The notes beneath the pieces are model-generated. The model made no database searches. It was not told where the DNA came from and was given only the letters and a program-made list of their open reading frames with translations. This document shows, piece by piece, positions 1 to 14,345 of a DNA stretch of 64,000 bases. Source of the stretch: Octopus vulgaris (Eukaryota); contig OX597823.1 in NCBI GenBank assembly GCA_951406725.2, positions 4,464,001 to 4,528,000 of the forward strand, in the 5' to 3' direction. The translations under genes and the position numbers were made by a program. Every line of letters begins with the position of its first letter. Within the stretch, counting starts at the first letter, position 1.

Positions 1-96
1 TCTATCTATATGCCTATCTATCTATATGTCTATCTATCTATCTATCTATCTATTTATCTATTTATCTATCTATCTATATGACTATCTATCTATATG

Positions 97-170
<74 letters not shown>

Positions 171-192
171 AATTTATCTATCTATTCATCTA
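1..192. repeat. (TCTA)n microsatellite
   Basis: Direct inspection. Confidence 0.95.
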
Positions 193-214
193 TGTGTGTG
201 TATATGTATGTATA

Positions 215-945
215 TCATCATCATCATCATCATCGTTTAACGTCCGTTTTCCATGCTAGCATGGGTTGGACGGTTCGACTGGGTCTGGGAAGCCAGGAGG
301 CTGCACCAGGCTTCAATCTGATCTGGCAGCTGGATGCCCTTCTTAACGCCAACCACTCTGTGAGTGTAGTGGTTGCTTTTTGCATGCCACCAGCACAGGG
401 CCAGGAGAGGCTGGCAACAGCCATGATCGGCTGGTGCTTTTTATGTGCCACCAGCACGGAAGCCAGTCAAGGTGGCGCTGGCATCGGCCATGTTCGTATG
501 GTGCTTTTTACCTGCCACCGGCACAGGGATCACAACTACAATTTCCATTTGAGTTTTGATGTTGATGTACTTGACTCAATAGGTCTCCTCAAGCACAGCA
601 GGTCGCCCTATGATCCAAGTTAAGCACAGCAGGCTGTCCTGCGATCCAAGGTACTTTGGATGGGCTGGGGTTTCTATGTGAAGCTGATGCAGGAAACAGC
701 CATGAACTCACGCTATTTGTCGGGTCTTCGCAGTCACATCATACATCATATCTCCAGAGATCTCGGTCTTTTGTCATTGCCTCTGTGAGGCCCAACGTTC
801 AAAGGTCATGCTTGACCACCTCATCCCATGTCTTCCTGGGTCTACCTCTACCCCAGATTCCTTCAACTGTTTGGGAGTGGCACTTCTTCAAACGTCTCTC
901 CTCATCCATCCATAGTACATGACCATACCAGCGCAAACAACTCTC
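215..945 (-). mobile_element. RTE LINE 3' end (ORF2 tail plus 3' UTR)
   Basis: LRWYGHV..GRGRPRKTWDEVVKHDL; UTR ends CATGGAAAACGGACGTTAAAC(GAT)n. Confidence 0.88.
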
Positions 946-1364
946 TATATATGTATAGATATATATGTATACACACACACACACACACACACATACACAC
1001 ACACACACACACACATGTACACGTGTGTGTGTGTGTTTAGTAAGAGAGGGTGAGTGAGATTTATAAATTGGATATATAAAATAGATCAGTGAATGAAGCT
1101 TTTACATATCTCCCTTGATCTCTTGTTCACACAAATATACTTTATTCTTTAAACTTCCAACAAAAACTGATTTATTGTTGTCATAGCAACAGCCATCTAT
1201 TGGAAATACCAATGCCATAAACTGAAGATTTTACTTGGAATACTTTTTTCTGTTCTTTTTCTTTTCTCTTTTGTTTTTAGACAAAAATGTATCGGAAATG
1301 CATTATCAAGATTCTGCTTAACATTTAGAAGCGCATACTGCTGCACACATATGCACGTCGCACT

Positions 1365-1476
<112 letters not shown>

Positions 1477-1904
1477 TCAATAACTATCAATCAACAGGAG
1501 TGGTGTGTGGTAAGTAGCTTGCTTACCAACCACATGGTTCCGGGTTCAGTCCCACTGCGTGGCACCTTGGGCAAGTGTCTTCTACTATAGCCTCGGGCCA
1601 ACCAAAGCCTTGTGAGTGGATTTGGTTGACGGAAACTGAAAGAAGCCCGTCATATATATGTATATATATGTATATGTTTGTGTTTGTCCCCCTAGCATCG
1701 CTTGACAACCGATGCTGGTGTGTTTATGTCCCCGTCACTTAGCGGTTCGGCAAAAGAGACTGATAGAATAAGTACTAGGCTTACAAAGAATAAGTCCTGG
1801 GGTTGAGTTGCTTGATTAAAGGTGGTGCTCCAGCATGGCGGCAGTCAAATGACTGAAACAAGTAAAAGAGTAAAAGAGTATATATATGTGTGAAAATATG
1901 TGTG

Positions 1905-1938
<34 letters not shown>

Positions 1939-2160
1939 TGTATGTATGTATGTATGCATGTATGTATGTGTGTGTGTATGTATGTTTGTATGTATGTATG
2001 TATGTGTGTATGTATGTGTGTATGTATGTATGGTAATGCAAGCAGGAAAAATAGAATTCAAAATATATGTATACTTTTGTTAGTATTTAGCAGAAGCAAC
2101 AGAGTGACTCAAAAGCTGAGAGATTTGTGCATCGGCACTTATCAACTATATATGTGTGTA

Positions 2161-2197
<37 letters not shown>

Positions 2198-2201
<4 letters not shown>

Positions 2202-2604
2202 TCATCATCATTGTTCGACCGTGGTCGATCAATGGAATTTACCATGCTACGCCAGACTTCATGGTCCATCATAGCATTACGGAGGTCCTGTTGCTGGATG
2301 CCTGTATCCCTGGAGATTACTTCAGGGTAGGAGAGTGTGCGCCCTCTGGTATTGCGAGTAGATGGCTTCCAGAGGAGAAGAGTAAAAATTACCTCTTTTT
2401 CAGCTCTACAGCAATGTCCAGCAAACTGGACTCTCTTACCTTTCACAAGAGATGACACAGGTGGTAGTTTCCCATATATTTGCATTTTGGTTGGATGGCG
2501 CTTCCACGAGAGATTTTGAGCTCTCATAAGGAGGCGAGTGTAGGTTCCATCCAACCGCCTCTCAAGCTTCTTTGATAACGTCCAGGTTTCTGAGCCATAT
2601 AGTA

Positions 2605-2610
<6 letters not shown>
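2198..2610 (-). mobile_element. 5'-truncated non-LTR retrotransposon (RTE-like) 3' end
   Basis: ILLYGSETWTL..LDGTYTRLL..QFAGHC.R..WRSMV followed by a (GAT)n tail, embedded in (TA)n. Confidence 0.88.
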
Positions 2611-2648
<38 letters not shown>

Positions 2649-2922
2649 CGCTAAGAGTACCATACGAGTGAGATTGGGGCCAGAGCAACAAGTTGGCCTC
2701 TGAGCCAATGGCACGTTAAAAACACCATTTGAGCATGATCGTTACCTGCGTCACCTTACTAGCACTTGTGCAGGTGGCACTTGAAAAAACATTCGAGTGA
2801 GGTCATTGCCAGTGCCACTGGACTGGCTCCTGTGCAGGTGGCATGTAAAAGCACCCCCTACACTCTCAGAGTGGTTGGTGTTAGGAACCCTATAAAGCCA
2901 GCCTTCACAAGTAATAAATATA

Positions 2923-2957
<35 letters not shown>

Positions 2958-3100
2958 GTGCAGGAGTTGGTGTGTGGTAAGTAGCTTGCTTTCCAACCAC
3001 ATGGTTCCAGGTTCAGTCCCACTGTGTGGAACGTTGGGCCAGTGTCTTCTACTATAGCCTCGGGCCAACTAAAACCTACCAAAACTGAAAGAAACCCGTC

Positions 3101-3145
<45 letters not shown>

Positions 3146-3357
3146 GCGTGTGTGTGTATTTGTATGTCCATATTTGACAACAAATGCTGGTGTGTTTATG
3201 TCCCTGTAACTTAGCAGTTCATCAAAAGAGACCAATAAAATTAGTACTAGACTTGCAAAGAATAAGTCCTGGGATTGATTTCTTCAACTAAAGGTGGTGC
3301 TCCAGCATGGCCACAGTCAAATGACTGAAACAAACAAGTAGAAGAAATATAAGAAAT

Positions 3358-3393
<36 letters not shown>

Positions 3394-5251
3394 TATGTCT
3401 GTGTGTGTGTGTTCATAAAACAGTAACTCATAAATGGTGTTTAAATTAGTGACAGCTGGTTCAATGTTTACACACACACATATGTGTGTGTATACATTGT
3501 ATATATATATATATATCGTAGGGCGAGATGCCGTGCTTGAGGAGACCTCAGTTCATCAACATCAACATCAATATCAACATCAACATCAATATCAAAATCA
3601 AATGAAATTACATAGAAATTGTAGTGGTGACCCCTGTGCCGGTGGCACGTAAAAAGCACCATCCGAATGTGGCCAATCCCAGTGCCGCCTCGACTGGCTT
3701 CTGTGCCAGTGGCACATAAAAAGCACCCACTACCCACTCGGAGTGGTTGGCATTAGGAAGGGCATCCAAATCAGATTGGAGCCTGGTGCTGCCTCCTGGC
3801 TTCCCAGACCCCAGTTGAACCGTCCAACCCATGCCAGCATGGAAAACGGACGTTAAACGATGATGATGATGATATATGTGTGTGTGTGTGTGTTTAAATG
3901 CATATATGTGTGGATGTGCGAAAAAGGAACAAAACAATTAAATAGCAAAAAGAATAACAGAAATCTAAATAATTTATATATTTGTTTATGTTATATTTCT
4001 TTGTTCTTTTTTTTTACAGGTTTCTTTTTAATTAAAATCTTAATCTCAGCATTTTAGTCTCTCATTAAAAGTGTAGATTCTTTGCTTGAAGAGTTATGGA
4101 ATTTCTATGGAACTTATTACCAGAATAGATGTATGTGTGTACGTGTGTATGTCCTTGTATGGGAGTGTTTCTGTGCATATATGTATGTATGTGTGTGTGT
4201 GTGTGAAGGTGCATGGCCCAGTGGTTACAGCGTCAAGCTTACAGTTGTGATGTGTGAGTTTGATTCCTGGACTGGGCTGCGTGTTGTGTTCTTGAGCAAG
4301 ACACTTTATTTCACTTTGCTCCAGTTCACTCAGCTGTAGAAATGAGTTGCGACGTCACTGGTGCCAAGCTGTATCGGCCCCTTTTGCCTTTCCCTTGGAT
4401 AACATTGGTGGCGTGGAGAGGGGAGGCCGGTATGCATGGGTGGTTGCTGGTCTTCCATAAAAACAACTCTAGGTTGTGCGTTTGCCAGCGAGGTGCATTG
4501 TACATCAGAGAGGAACCTCTTAGGTGCACCCATGGTCATTCACGACTGATGAGGTCAAATTTTTTATTGGTGCCTTGACTAGTTTCCATGCTGGTGGCAC
4601 ATAAAAAGTATCATCTGATTGTGGTCGATGCCAGCTCCTCTGGCCCCTGTGCCAGTGGAATGTAAAAAGCACCCACTACACTCACGGAGCGCTTGGCATT
4701 AGGAAGGACACCCAACTGTAGAAACACTGCCAGGTAAGACTGTGGCTTGGTGCAGCCTCATGGCTTCCCAGACCCCAGTCGAACCATCCAATCCATGCCA
4801 GCATGGAAAACGGACATGTTAAACGATGATGATGATGATGATGATGATATATATATCTCTTTCACTTGTTTCGACCCGGAACTTATTCTTTGTAAGCCCA
4901 GTACTTATTCTATCGGTCTCTTTTGCCGAACCGCTAAGTGACGGGGACATAAACACACCAGCATCGGTTGTCAAGCAATACTAGGGGGACAAACACAGAC
5001 ACACAAACACACACGCACATATATATATATATATATATATACATATATACAACGGGCTTCTTTCAGTTTCCGTCTACCAAATCCACTCACAAGGCTTTGG
5101 TCGGCCCGAGGCTATAGTAGAAGACACTTGCCCAAGGTGCCACGCAGTGGGACTGAACCCGGAACCATGTGGTTGGTAAGCAAGCTACTTACCACACAGC
5201 CACTCCTGTGCCTATATATTTATGTATAATATATAGACATATGTATTTATG

Positions 5252-5318
<67 letters not shown>

Positions 5319-5560
5319 TATATAATATATAATAAAATATTAGGGAATAAATCCAAACTTACAGGGAAAAATCAGATTTAGGATTAAATCCAATTTTATA
5401 GTATAAATATATTACATTATATTATATTAAATTAGAGATAAAACCACTATTAGCCAAATCAAACAATGAAAACATAAGCCAATACATTAAATTAATTTAA
5501 TTTATATTATTTTAAATATATATCAAAAGTATTAAAAGTTTAATAAAAGATAAAGAGTAA

Positions 5561-5655
5561 AACACTACGATCGTTTCATGGCTGTACAATTCGAATAACA
5601 ATAATTTAAATTCAATTAATAATTCGAGTTATGGTTACAGTCAATCTTCAGGTTA
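5561..5655 (-). ncRNA. Hammerhead motif with long stem II and a weak stem I
   Basis: CTGAAGA T TGACTGTA...TACAGCCA T GAAAC GATC GTA; palindromic ACGATCGT. Confidence 0.6.
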
Positions 5656-6769
5656 ATTGAAATATCTAAAAAATAATCAGAAATATTTAAACAATATTTT
5701 TAAGATATAAATAATATAATAATTTTACTTATAATAAACTCTATTATCAAACTAGAAACATAAAACTTAACAATTATGATTATATCAAAATCGACTATAA
5801 TGTTAAATATTAATTTTAATTTATAAGGTAGGAAACCCACCAATAATCTAATATCGGTATTAATCTATATCTAATTACATAAATATTTAAAAATGACTAT
5901 TATATATAAATTATCAATGAAAATATATAAATGTATATAAATATTATAATTAAGATCTAAAATAATCTCTATAAATAAATATATATGCACATATAATAAA
6001 AACCTAATAAATTAATTTTTCATATTTAAAGATGAAATAGCTAATTTCAAAATACAAATAAACAAACTTAAACGAACTTTCGGAAATCTTATGTAAAATA
6101 CTTATAGAAATAATCAATTCGTAGTAATATAGTATCGAATAAATACTATAAATACTATAAATATAATTATCAATGGGAATAACTAGCGAATAATTTTTAA
6201 TACTTTTGATATATATTTAAAATAATATAAATTAAATTAATTTTATGTATTGGCTTATGTTTTCATTGTTTGATTTGCCTAATAGTGGTTTTATCTCTAA
6301 TTTAATATTATATAATATATATATATATAATATATATATATATATATTATATGTAGAAAAATACAAACTGGGACAAGAACGTAAAACATTTAGAAGACGA
6401 TACAAAAAACACGGACGGGACATTCGAAGCCTTCAATCTTCAGTCAAGAACCGGATCATCCTAGCAATTTCAGCTGATTAATCTTGAGATCGCTCCAATC
6501 TGGCCAGCCCCAAGGAATAACTAAGCTACGAGCATTAGATTTCTTGGAAAAAGGATCGAATGTATATGAAACAGGGACTATTTCTGTTGAAGGGCATAGG
6601 CTCAAAGCATAAAAGACTTTTTCATTTTACTCGAGCACCAAACTAATACACTTGTTTATTGTTCATACACCTGTCTTCGTCTTTTGTTTTTATATAAATT
6701 TCAAATAAATCATCTACAGAAACCAACAAATGAATACACAGCTTTTGTTGCCTTCGATGTCATAGATAG

Positions 6770-6822
<53 letters not shown>

Positions 6823-7124
6823 TTAATCCAAACAAGAAAACAAAAAGACAACAACGCGAGGATGTGGAACAAATAAAGTATTATTGGGCGCTGAGGGAAG
6901 AATGGAAGAAGGAGGGTATGACGTTTCGAGCAGAGCTCTTCGTCGGAAACATGAGAGAAATAAAGATCCCGAGGTGGGAGGACAGAGGGAAAAAAATGCA
7001 AGTGGTCTTCATGAGGTCACATACTGAAAAGGCGGAAGTGGTAAAAAAGAAGGAGCAGGTTTTCAAAAACAGGAGAGCGGAATCAAAGAAGGAATGGTAA
7101 ACAACGGTGTGCGAGATGACAAGG

Positions 7125-9370
7125 GTGTGTGTGTGAGTGTGTGCGTGTGTGTGTATGTGTGTATATGGTGGGCAAAGGCTAGTGGCAAGCAGGAGTAGCG
7201 AGTCAAGAAGGCAGGTCAGAAACAGGGAGGAATGTGTGTGTGCGTGTATATGTCTCGTGTGTGTGTTTTGTTGTAGTATGTGTGTGTGTACGTGTGCGTT
7301 TTTTGTGTGTATGGCGAGTAACTGCTTAACTAAGTGTATGTGTGGGTGTGGGTGTGTGTGCTTGTATGTGCGTATATGTATAATTGTGTGCATGTATGTG
7401 TGCGCATGTTTTGGTGTGCGTATGTATGTGTGTGTCTGTGCTTATATGTGTGTACGTATTTGTATGTGTGCGTGCGCATGGAGGTATATGTTGTGTGTGT
7501 GTATATGTGTCGGTGTGTATGTGAATTCGTGTGTGTTTGTACGTGTGTAAGTGTGTGTGCGTGTATTGTATATATATATGTAAATGTGTGTGTGTAAGTG
7601 CGTGGGAGTGAATGTATGTATGTATGTGCATACGTGTACAAAATGTAGGGGTATTATATGTGTGTTTATATGTTTATATGTGTGTATATATATGCATGGA
7701 AAGACACACTTCGCAACTGAAAGAATGATGGAAAATACTTCTGCGGTGACAGGCGCAGGAGAAACCCCAGGCACAACGCGCCAGCCCAGACACGAACCCG
7801 AGATAAAGCCAGAACCCACAGGCATGCGTGCATGCATGTATGTATGTGTGCGCGTGTGCATGCATGTGTGTGCACGTGCATGCGAGTGTGTGTGTAGGTA
7901 TGTGTGTGTGTATGTATGCATGTGTGAGTGTGTATATGTGTGTATGTATGTATGCATGTATGCATGCATGTGTGTATGTATGTGTGTGTGTGTGCATGTG
8001 TGTATGTATATGTGTATGTGCGTATATGTGTGTGTATGTGTGTATGTATGTATGTGTGTGTGTATGTATGTGTGTAAGCGTGTGTGTATAAGTGTATGTG
8101 TGCATGTATGTGTGTATGTATGTATGGGTGTGTGTCTGTGTATGTTTGTGTGTGTATGTATGTATGTATGAGTGAAGGTATGAATCTATGTAAGTATGTG
8201 TGTGTACGTATGTAATGTATGTATGTATGCGTGTGTGTGTGTGTATGTATGCGTGTGCGTGTGTATGTGGGTGTGTATGTATGTATGTGGGAGTGTAAGT
8301 GTGTGTGTGTGTATGTATGCGTGTGCGTGTGTATGTGGGTGTGTATGTATGTGTGTGTGAGTGTATAGGTGTATGTATGTATGTATGTCTTGTGTATGTG
8401 TGTGTATGTGTGTGTATGTATGTATGTATGTGTGTAGGTATGTATGTGTGTGTGTATGTGTATATGTATGTATGTGTGTATGTGTGTAAGTGTGTGTGCA
8501 CGCGTGCATGCATGCATATGTGTATGTATGTATACACACACACACGAACGCACGCTCACACACACAACACACAAACAACACAACGCACGCATATGGGGCC
8601 GACTGCACCCCAGGCCCGTGCCAAAGCGCGCACGCGCGCGGACCCCCGGTCACCCACACCACAAGAACCGAACTCCATCAAACCCTCAACCCAAAAAAAG
8701 CGTGCGCCTGGATACAAATATATGTGCGTGCGTGCATTCGTGTAAACGTGTGTGTATGTATGTGTGCATGCGTATATGTGTGCATGTGTGTGTGTATGTA
8801 CGTATGTAAAGTATGTATGTACGTATGTGTGTGTGTATGTATGTGTGTATGTATGTATGTGTGTATGTATGTATGTATGTGTGTATGTGTGTGTATGTAT
8901 GTATGTGTGTGTATGTGTGTATGTATGTGTGTATGTATGTACATGTTTGTTTGTTTGTTTGTGTGTGTGTATGTATGTATGTATGTGTGATTAAATGTGT
9001 GTATGTATGTATGTGTGTATACTCTTTTACTTGTTTCAGTCATTTGACTGCGGCCATGCTGGAGCACCACCTTTTTAGTTGAGCAACTCGACCCCGGAAC
9101 TTATTCTATTGTAAGCCCAGTACTTATTCTATCGGTATCTTTTGCCGAACCGCTAAGTATACGTATGTATGTGTGTGAACGGGCGTGTGTGTGTGCGCGT
9201 GTGTGTGTGCGCGTGTGTGTGTGCGCGTGTGTGTGTGGGGGTGTATAGGTGTGGAAGTATGTGTGCGTACAAGTAGGTTGTATGTGTGTGGTGTGTTTGA
9301 GGTAGGTGTGTTGGAAGTAGGTATGTGGGGGTGTTCGTAGATACGTAGGTATGCGTGTGTGTGTTTCTGT
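7125..9370. repeat. Large compound (TG)n/(TATG)n microsatellite field
   Basis: Direct inspection; source of the many VCVC/HTHT ORFs. Confidence 0.95.
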
Positions 9371-9399
9371 AAAAAAAAGGGGGGAGAAGGAGAGGTGGA

Positions 9400-10070
9400 G
9401 CGCAGACACTAAGAGGAGGGGGCTGTGTTGAGTCCGTGTGGGGTAGTGGTTTGTAGCGTTGCTCCAAGTGGAGCCTGGATGGTGAAAGACCGTTGTGTGG
9501 GGCGAGACCAAACACTGAGATGTCATCGGGGGAATGGCTGGCCGAGCGGAAGTGACGTGCGACGGGAGAAAAAGACCGTAGGCGAACGTCCCTCAGATGT
9601 TCGGCGAATTGGTCTGACAAATGGCGTCCCGTCTGTCCTATATACAGCATTCCGCAGAGGTTGCATTTAATACAGTATATGAGGCCAGACGAAGTGCACG
9701 TAAAAGAATGTCTGATACGTACAGTTTGCTGGTTGGAGCCGGTGACAGCAGTGGTGTTGGTGATGAAGGGGCAGGTGTTGCAGCGGGATCTAGAGCACGG
9801 GAATGATCCGTGTGGGGCTGAGGGGGAAGGAGAGAGGTGCTATGGACCAGGAGGCCGCGTAGATTCCGGGCTTGTTTGAAGGAGGACAAGGGTAGGTTGG
9901 GGAAAATGGGGCGGGTCGTGGGATCGAGCTGGAGGCGACGGAAGGCACGTAGTATCTTCCGACGAAGGGGTAGAGTAGGGGGGTCGAAAAGGAGGGGAAA
10001 GGGGGTGCGGTAGGAGGTGTGTGAGAGGAAGGGTGGTGCAGTCGATGCGACGGGCGCGGGCGAGGGCATT
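9400..10070 (-). mobile_element. Penelope-like retroelement fragment (RT C-terminus/linker plus GIY-YIG endonuclease), frameshifted
   Basis: SFKQARNLRGLLVHS, CxxC linker, LIYCIKCNLCGMLYIGQTGRHLSDQFAEH..VARHF. Confidence 0.9.
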
Positions 10071-10740
10071 TGAGATTAGTGTAGGTGGTTATCCTCAGAG
10101 TCTGAACAGGTGGGTCAGGTATTGAGATTGGGTCTCGAAATCCTGGTCGCGGCTGCACAAGCGTCGGAGGCGGAGGAACTGGGAGTAGGGGATGGCTCGT
10201 TTGGTGTGGAAGGGGTGGGAGGAGGAGAAGTTGAGATAGAGGTGGGAATCCGTGGGTTTAAAGAAGGCGGTGGTGGTGAGAGAGTGGGAGGGGTGGTCGA
10301 TGCTGAGAGAGATGTCAAGGAAGTTGACAGAGGTGTTGGAGATGGTTGAGGTGAATTGTAGAGAGGGGTGGAAGTTGGAGAGGAAAGAGATGAATTGGCA
10401 GAGAGGTTCAGAGTGATGAAGTTGAGATTGGTGTGTGTCTAGTCAGTATTTGATTGCAATTATTCCATAGTCATGGGGTATATTAGTGTATAGGTTGATA
10501 ACATCAAAGGCAACAAAAGCTGTGTATTCCTTTGTTGGTTTTTGTAGATGATTTATTTGAAATTTATATAAAAACAAAAGACGAAGACAGGTGTATGAAC
10601 AATAAACAAGTGTATTAGTTTGGTGCTCGAGTAAAATGAAAAAGTCTTTTATGCTTTGAGCCTATGCCCTTCAACAGAAAGGAATAAGGGAAAATAAACA
10701 GAGAATAAAAAGAATTTGTAGATTTCAGTGGTTCAACATG

Positions 10741-10777
<37 letters not shown>

Positions 10778-11394
10778 TCATCATCATCATCTTCTTCTTC
10801 TTCTTCTTCTTCTTCTTCTTCATCTTCTTCGTCTTCTTCTCCCCCTTCTACTTCCTAACTTTATCACTAATGCTTTTTAGTATAACACCTACGCAAATTC
10901 TATAAACAAACCTTTCAATAGAAATATTCTCATGAACTGCTAGCCGCCACTGACCATTCAAAATACAACAATCAAGGCACTCCCAAAATTCCCCCCCCCT
11001 CCTCCTCATCATCCTCCATCTTCTTCCCTACCAAAAATTCACAAGGACCTCCAGCCCACAAGTGTGAACAAGAGAGACAGAGCAAGGCAGAAACAAGGAA
11101 AATGCCACTTATATTTGAACACTATACAAATATTCCTTTAAAAAAACATTTCTTTTAATTTTTCTAAATTTAATTATTTAATCATTACAGTTGAAAAGGT
11201 CTCAAAATGACTGAAACCAGTACTGAAATGTTCTTTATAAAATTATTTTAGCATTTTCTATTTTGACTTATTTTTCATATATATATATATATATATCACC
11301 ATGATCACCGTGACCGACCAGGCTATCAGATGTTTGTACACATTGCTGGTCACAATATATATATATATATATATACACACACATACATATATAT

Positions 11395-12158
11395 GCTTAA
11401 TGCACTATAAATGTGCAATTTTGGATCGTGCAATTAACCGAAATGCTGCATAGGCCAATATGAATTGACTTTGATAATTAATAAATAAATTGATTATGCT
11501 ATGTATGTACTCTCCATTTTCTTTATATTGTTAAATTTTTCCCCCTACATTGAAAACAATGGAAACCTCTATAGCGACAACTGGAATTTTGGAAGTATAA
11601 GGTACTAATATTGAAGAAGAACCAATGATAGATTTTATCTGCCTCCCTTTGGGAGTTATAGAAATCTACAATATAGGATTTCTTCAATTACAATTTACCT
11701 AGCATTTTTAAGAGTAGAATGCATCGGGTCATGCCAGGTCCAGTTTTTAAAATTTAAACTCCAATTAAGCAAAATTTACAGAAAACTCACATTCTGGTGT
11801 GTATGTCAAATGCTTTTCTTAGTCTGGTTTACACCACACGCAAACGCACACACACAGTGTGCAACGAATAAAATGAAAGTAAATAGCGACAGAGTGATTT
11901 GAGGAAGACTAAACTGAAAGTATTTAAACCACTACTCAAAAAATAAAAAAACACAGCAAACAGAAACAAATAAATACATAACCATTTACTCCTCACACAA
12001 TTTCTTCAATTAGAATTTACCTAAGATTTTTCAAAGTACTCCATTCGCTCATGCCATAATATATTTCTTTCAATTTCACCCCCAATTAAGACAAAATTCG
12101 AGAAAACTCAATATTTTAACATTTCACTCCGAAAGCATTGATGTACATGTGTGCGTGC

Positions 12159-12199
<41 letters not shown>

Positions 12200-13066
12200 A
12201 TGGGTTGTGTGACACAGAAAGTGTGGTGTGTAAGTGAAGTGCTTTTGTTAGTGTGTGTAAAGAGACAGACAGAGTGAAAGACAGAAATAACTCAAGTTTT
12301 CACTATGATATCATCACGTGCGAAAAAATTCGAAGGGTTTTGAACAATTGAGATACAGATGTCACGCCTGTATTGAAACCATTGCTAAGCTGCCGTAATT
12401 GCTTAATTAAGACTTTGTTTAAATTGAAAGGGGCAAATATGTGACGAGGTTGAAAAAAAATACCCCAGAAAAAAAAATGTACTGCTGGTATTTATATAAT
12501 TCACTACTATTTTGCTACAATGTCATGAAAAAGAAGAAATTTTGGTATGTAAATCGAATTCGCCACCCCCTTTTCCCTGTTCGCGTTTGTGTAAAAAAAA
12601 TTATTATTTAAGTTTTAAAAATTATTTACTTTGTTCAAAAAATATTAATATTAATTAATTTTCAAGAATTATTTAATTTTATTCTGTAAAATAGTAATTA
12701 ATTCATTTATCTGTAAATCCGCGAGGTTGTTACTCAGGCACCTACAATGGTAACCTTCAACTAACACTATCTCCTCCGAGACCCTGCGGCGCAAGTTGAC
12801 CAAAATTGAGAGTATGGTAGAAGAAGGGTTGCTCTTCCTTCCGTAGAACATAAAATTCAAATCGGACCATGTTAACACCAAAAATTATTTACATCAAAAA
12901 GATGCTTTTTTCTATGAAAATCCCTATTTTTTACGATTTTTTCACTGCTGTGTCGCCACTTTTCGGTGTATTTCGACCAGAAAAATGTTCACAAAATTTT
13001 TACTTTTCAAAATTACAATTCCAGCGGGTCGAAACAAACCCGAGCAACGCCGGGCGATACTGCTAG
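11395..13066 (+). mobile_element. Probable non-autonomous Helitron (left boundary uncertain)
   Basis: 3' terminus CCCGAGCAACGCCGGG hairpin followed by CTAG|T at 13063-13066. Confidence 0.5.
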
Positions 13067-13485
13067 TATATATATAAAATATAAATTAGAGTTAAAACCG
13101 CTATTATGCAACTCAAACAGTGATAGACATAAACCAATACATAAATAACAAATATATATATATCTAATTTTTTTTAATATATAACTTATAACTAGATCTC
13201 AAAAAGTATAAAATGAATGATAAATATATAATATATATATATTTATCATTCATGTTATACTTTTTGAGATCTGGTCATAAGTTATATATTTTTTAAAAAT
13301 TATATTATATATATATTTGTTATTTATGTATTGGTTTATGTCTACCACTGTTTGAGTTGCATAATAGTGGTTTTAACTCTACTTTATATTTTATATATTT
13401 ATACTGTGAAATTTGATTTAATAATGAATTGAATTTTTCCCTGTAAGTTTGGAGTTATACTCCCTACTATTATTATTATTATTAA

Positions 13486-13526
<41 letters not shown>

Positions 13527-13608
13527 GTTATGTATATATATATACATATGCATATATATAAATATATATATATTGTATTTATATATATGTGTGTGTGTGT
13601 GTGTGTGA

Positions 13609-13639
<31 letters not shown>

Positions 13640-13646
13640 TACATAT

Positions 13647-13694
<48 letters not shown>

Positions 13695-13744
13695 GTAGAT
13701 CGATAGCTGTAGATATAAAGATCATTAAATAAATGGAGTTAAAT

Positions 13745-14345
13745 TCAGTGTTATTCAAATTCTTTTACTTCTGACATATGTTTCAAAGACAACATTGATA
13801 TTATTCCAGAAGGAATAAAATGGTGTAAAACAATGCAATTTTCTCATCAGGGAAAGAAAGAAATGAAACACATAAATAAGACATTTTAACAGAATGTGAT
13901 GACTGCACATATGATGAAGGGAATGCTATCAAGTTTTTCTTTTTTTAACCATTAGTAGATATAAAATCAAAGTTAGTTTATAGAAAGAGAAGGAGGAGAA
14001 AGAAAGAAATTAGCAGAACACTAATAGTGGAGAGATATAGAGGGATAGATGAATAGGAATAAAGCATGAAGGAATGAAAGTAGATATATTTAGTGGAAGT
14101 GCAATGTAAGAAGGCAGTCAAAGGTCGAATTTTACGGAATGAACTAAAGGTATGTTTCTGCCAATGTTTGCAATGATAAACGCATTCTATAAACATGTTT
14201 ACAAGGGGATTCTTTGAGAATAGGATAAAAAACATTTCACTATTACAAAGGGGGCAAAAAGATCTACCTTTGTCATAAGGTAAAGAAATAGAGATTATAT
14301 TCCATTCCAAGTTAAATTATTTATTATGGTATCGAAAAGATCATA
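13745..14345 (-). mobile_element. 3' end of a second type of Penelope-like element
   Basis: WNII..PY..FCPLCNSE..I..N..E..CKH..KH C-terminal pattern followed by a hammerhead motif on the same strand. Confidence 0.7.
13767..13855 (-). ncRNA. Hammerhead motif with long stem/loop II, 3' of a Penelope-like ORF fragment
   Basis: ttcc CTGATGA ...about 60 nt... GAAAC ATAT GTC agaa; palindromic stem III ACATATGT. Confidence 0.65.

Noticed and set aside
1281-1350. Possible exon after a strong pyrimidine tract and AG
   Set aside because: No recognisable protein or donor site; cannot be linked to the antistasin exon
4540-4560. CTGATGA motif (also at about 48586)
   Set aside because: No stem II, GAAA or cleavage triplet in register
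7137-9082. Long ORFs (up to 308 aa) rich in VC/HT/YI
   Set aside because: Translations of dinucleotide and tetranucleotide microsatellites; no coding signal
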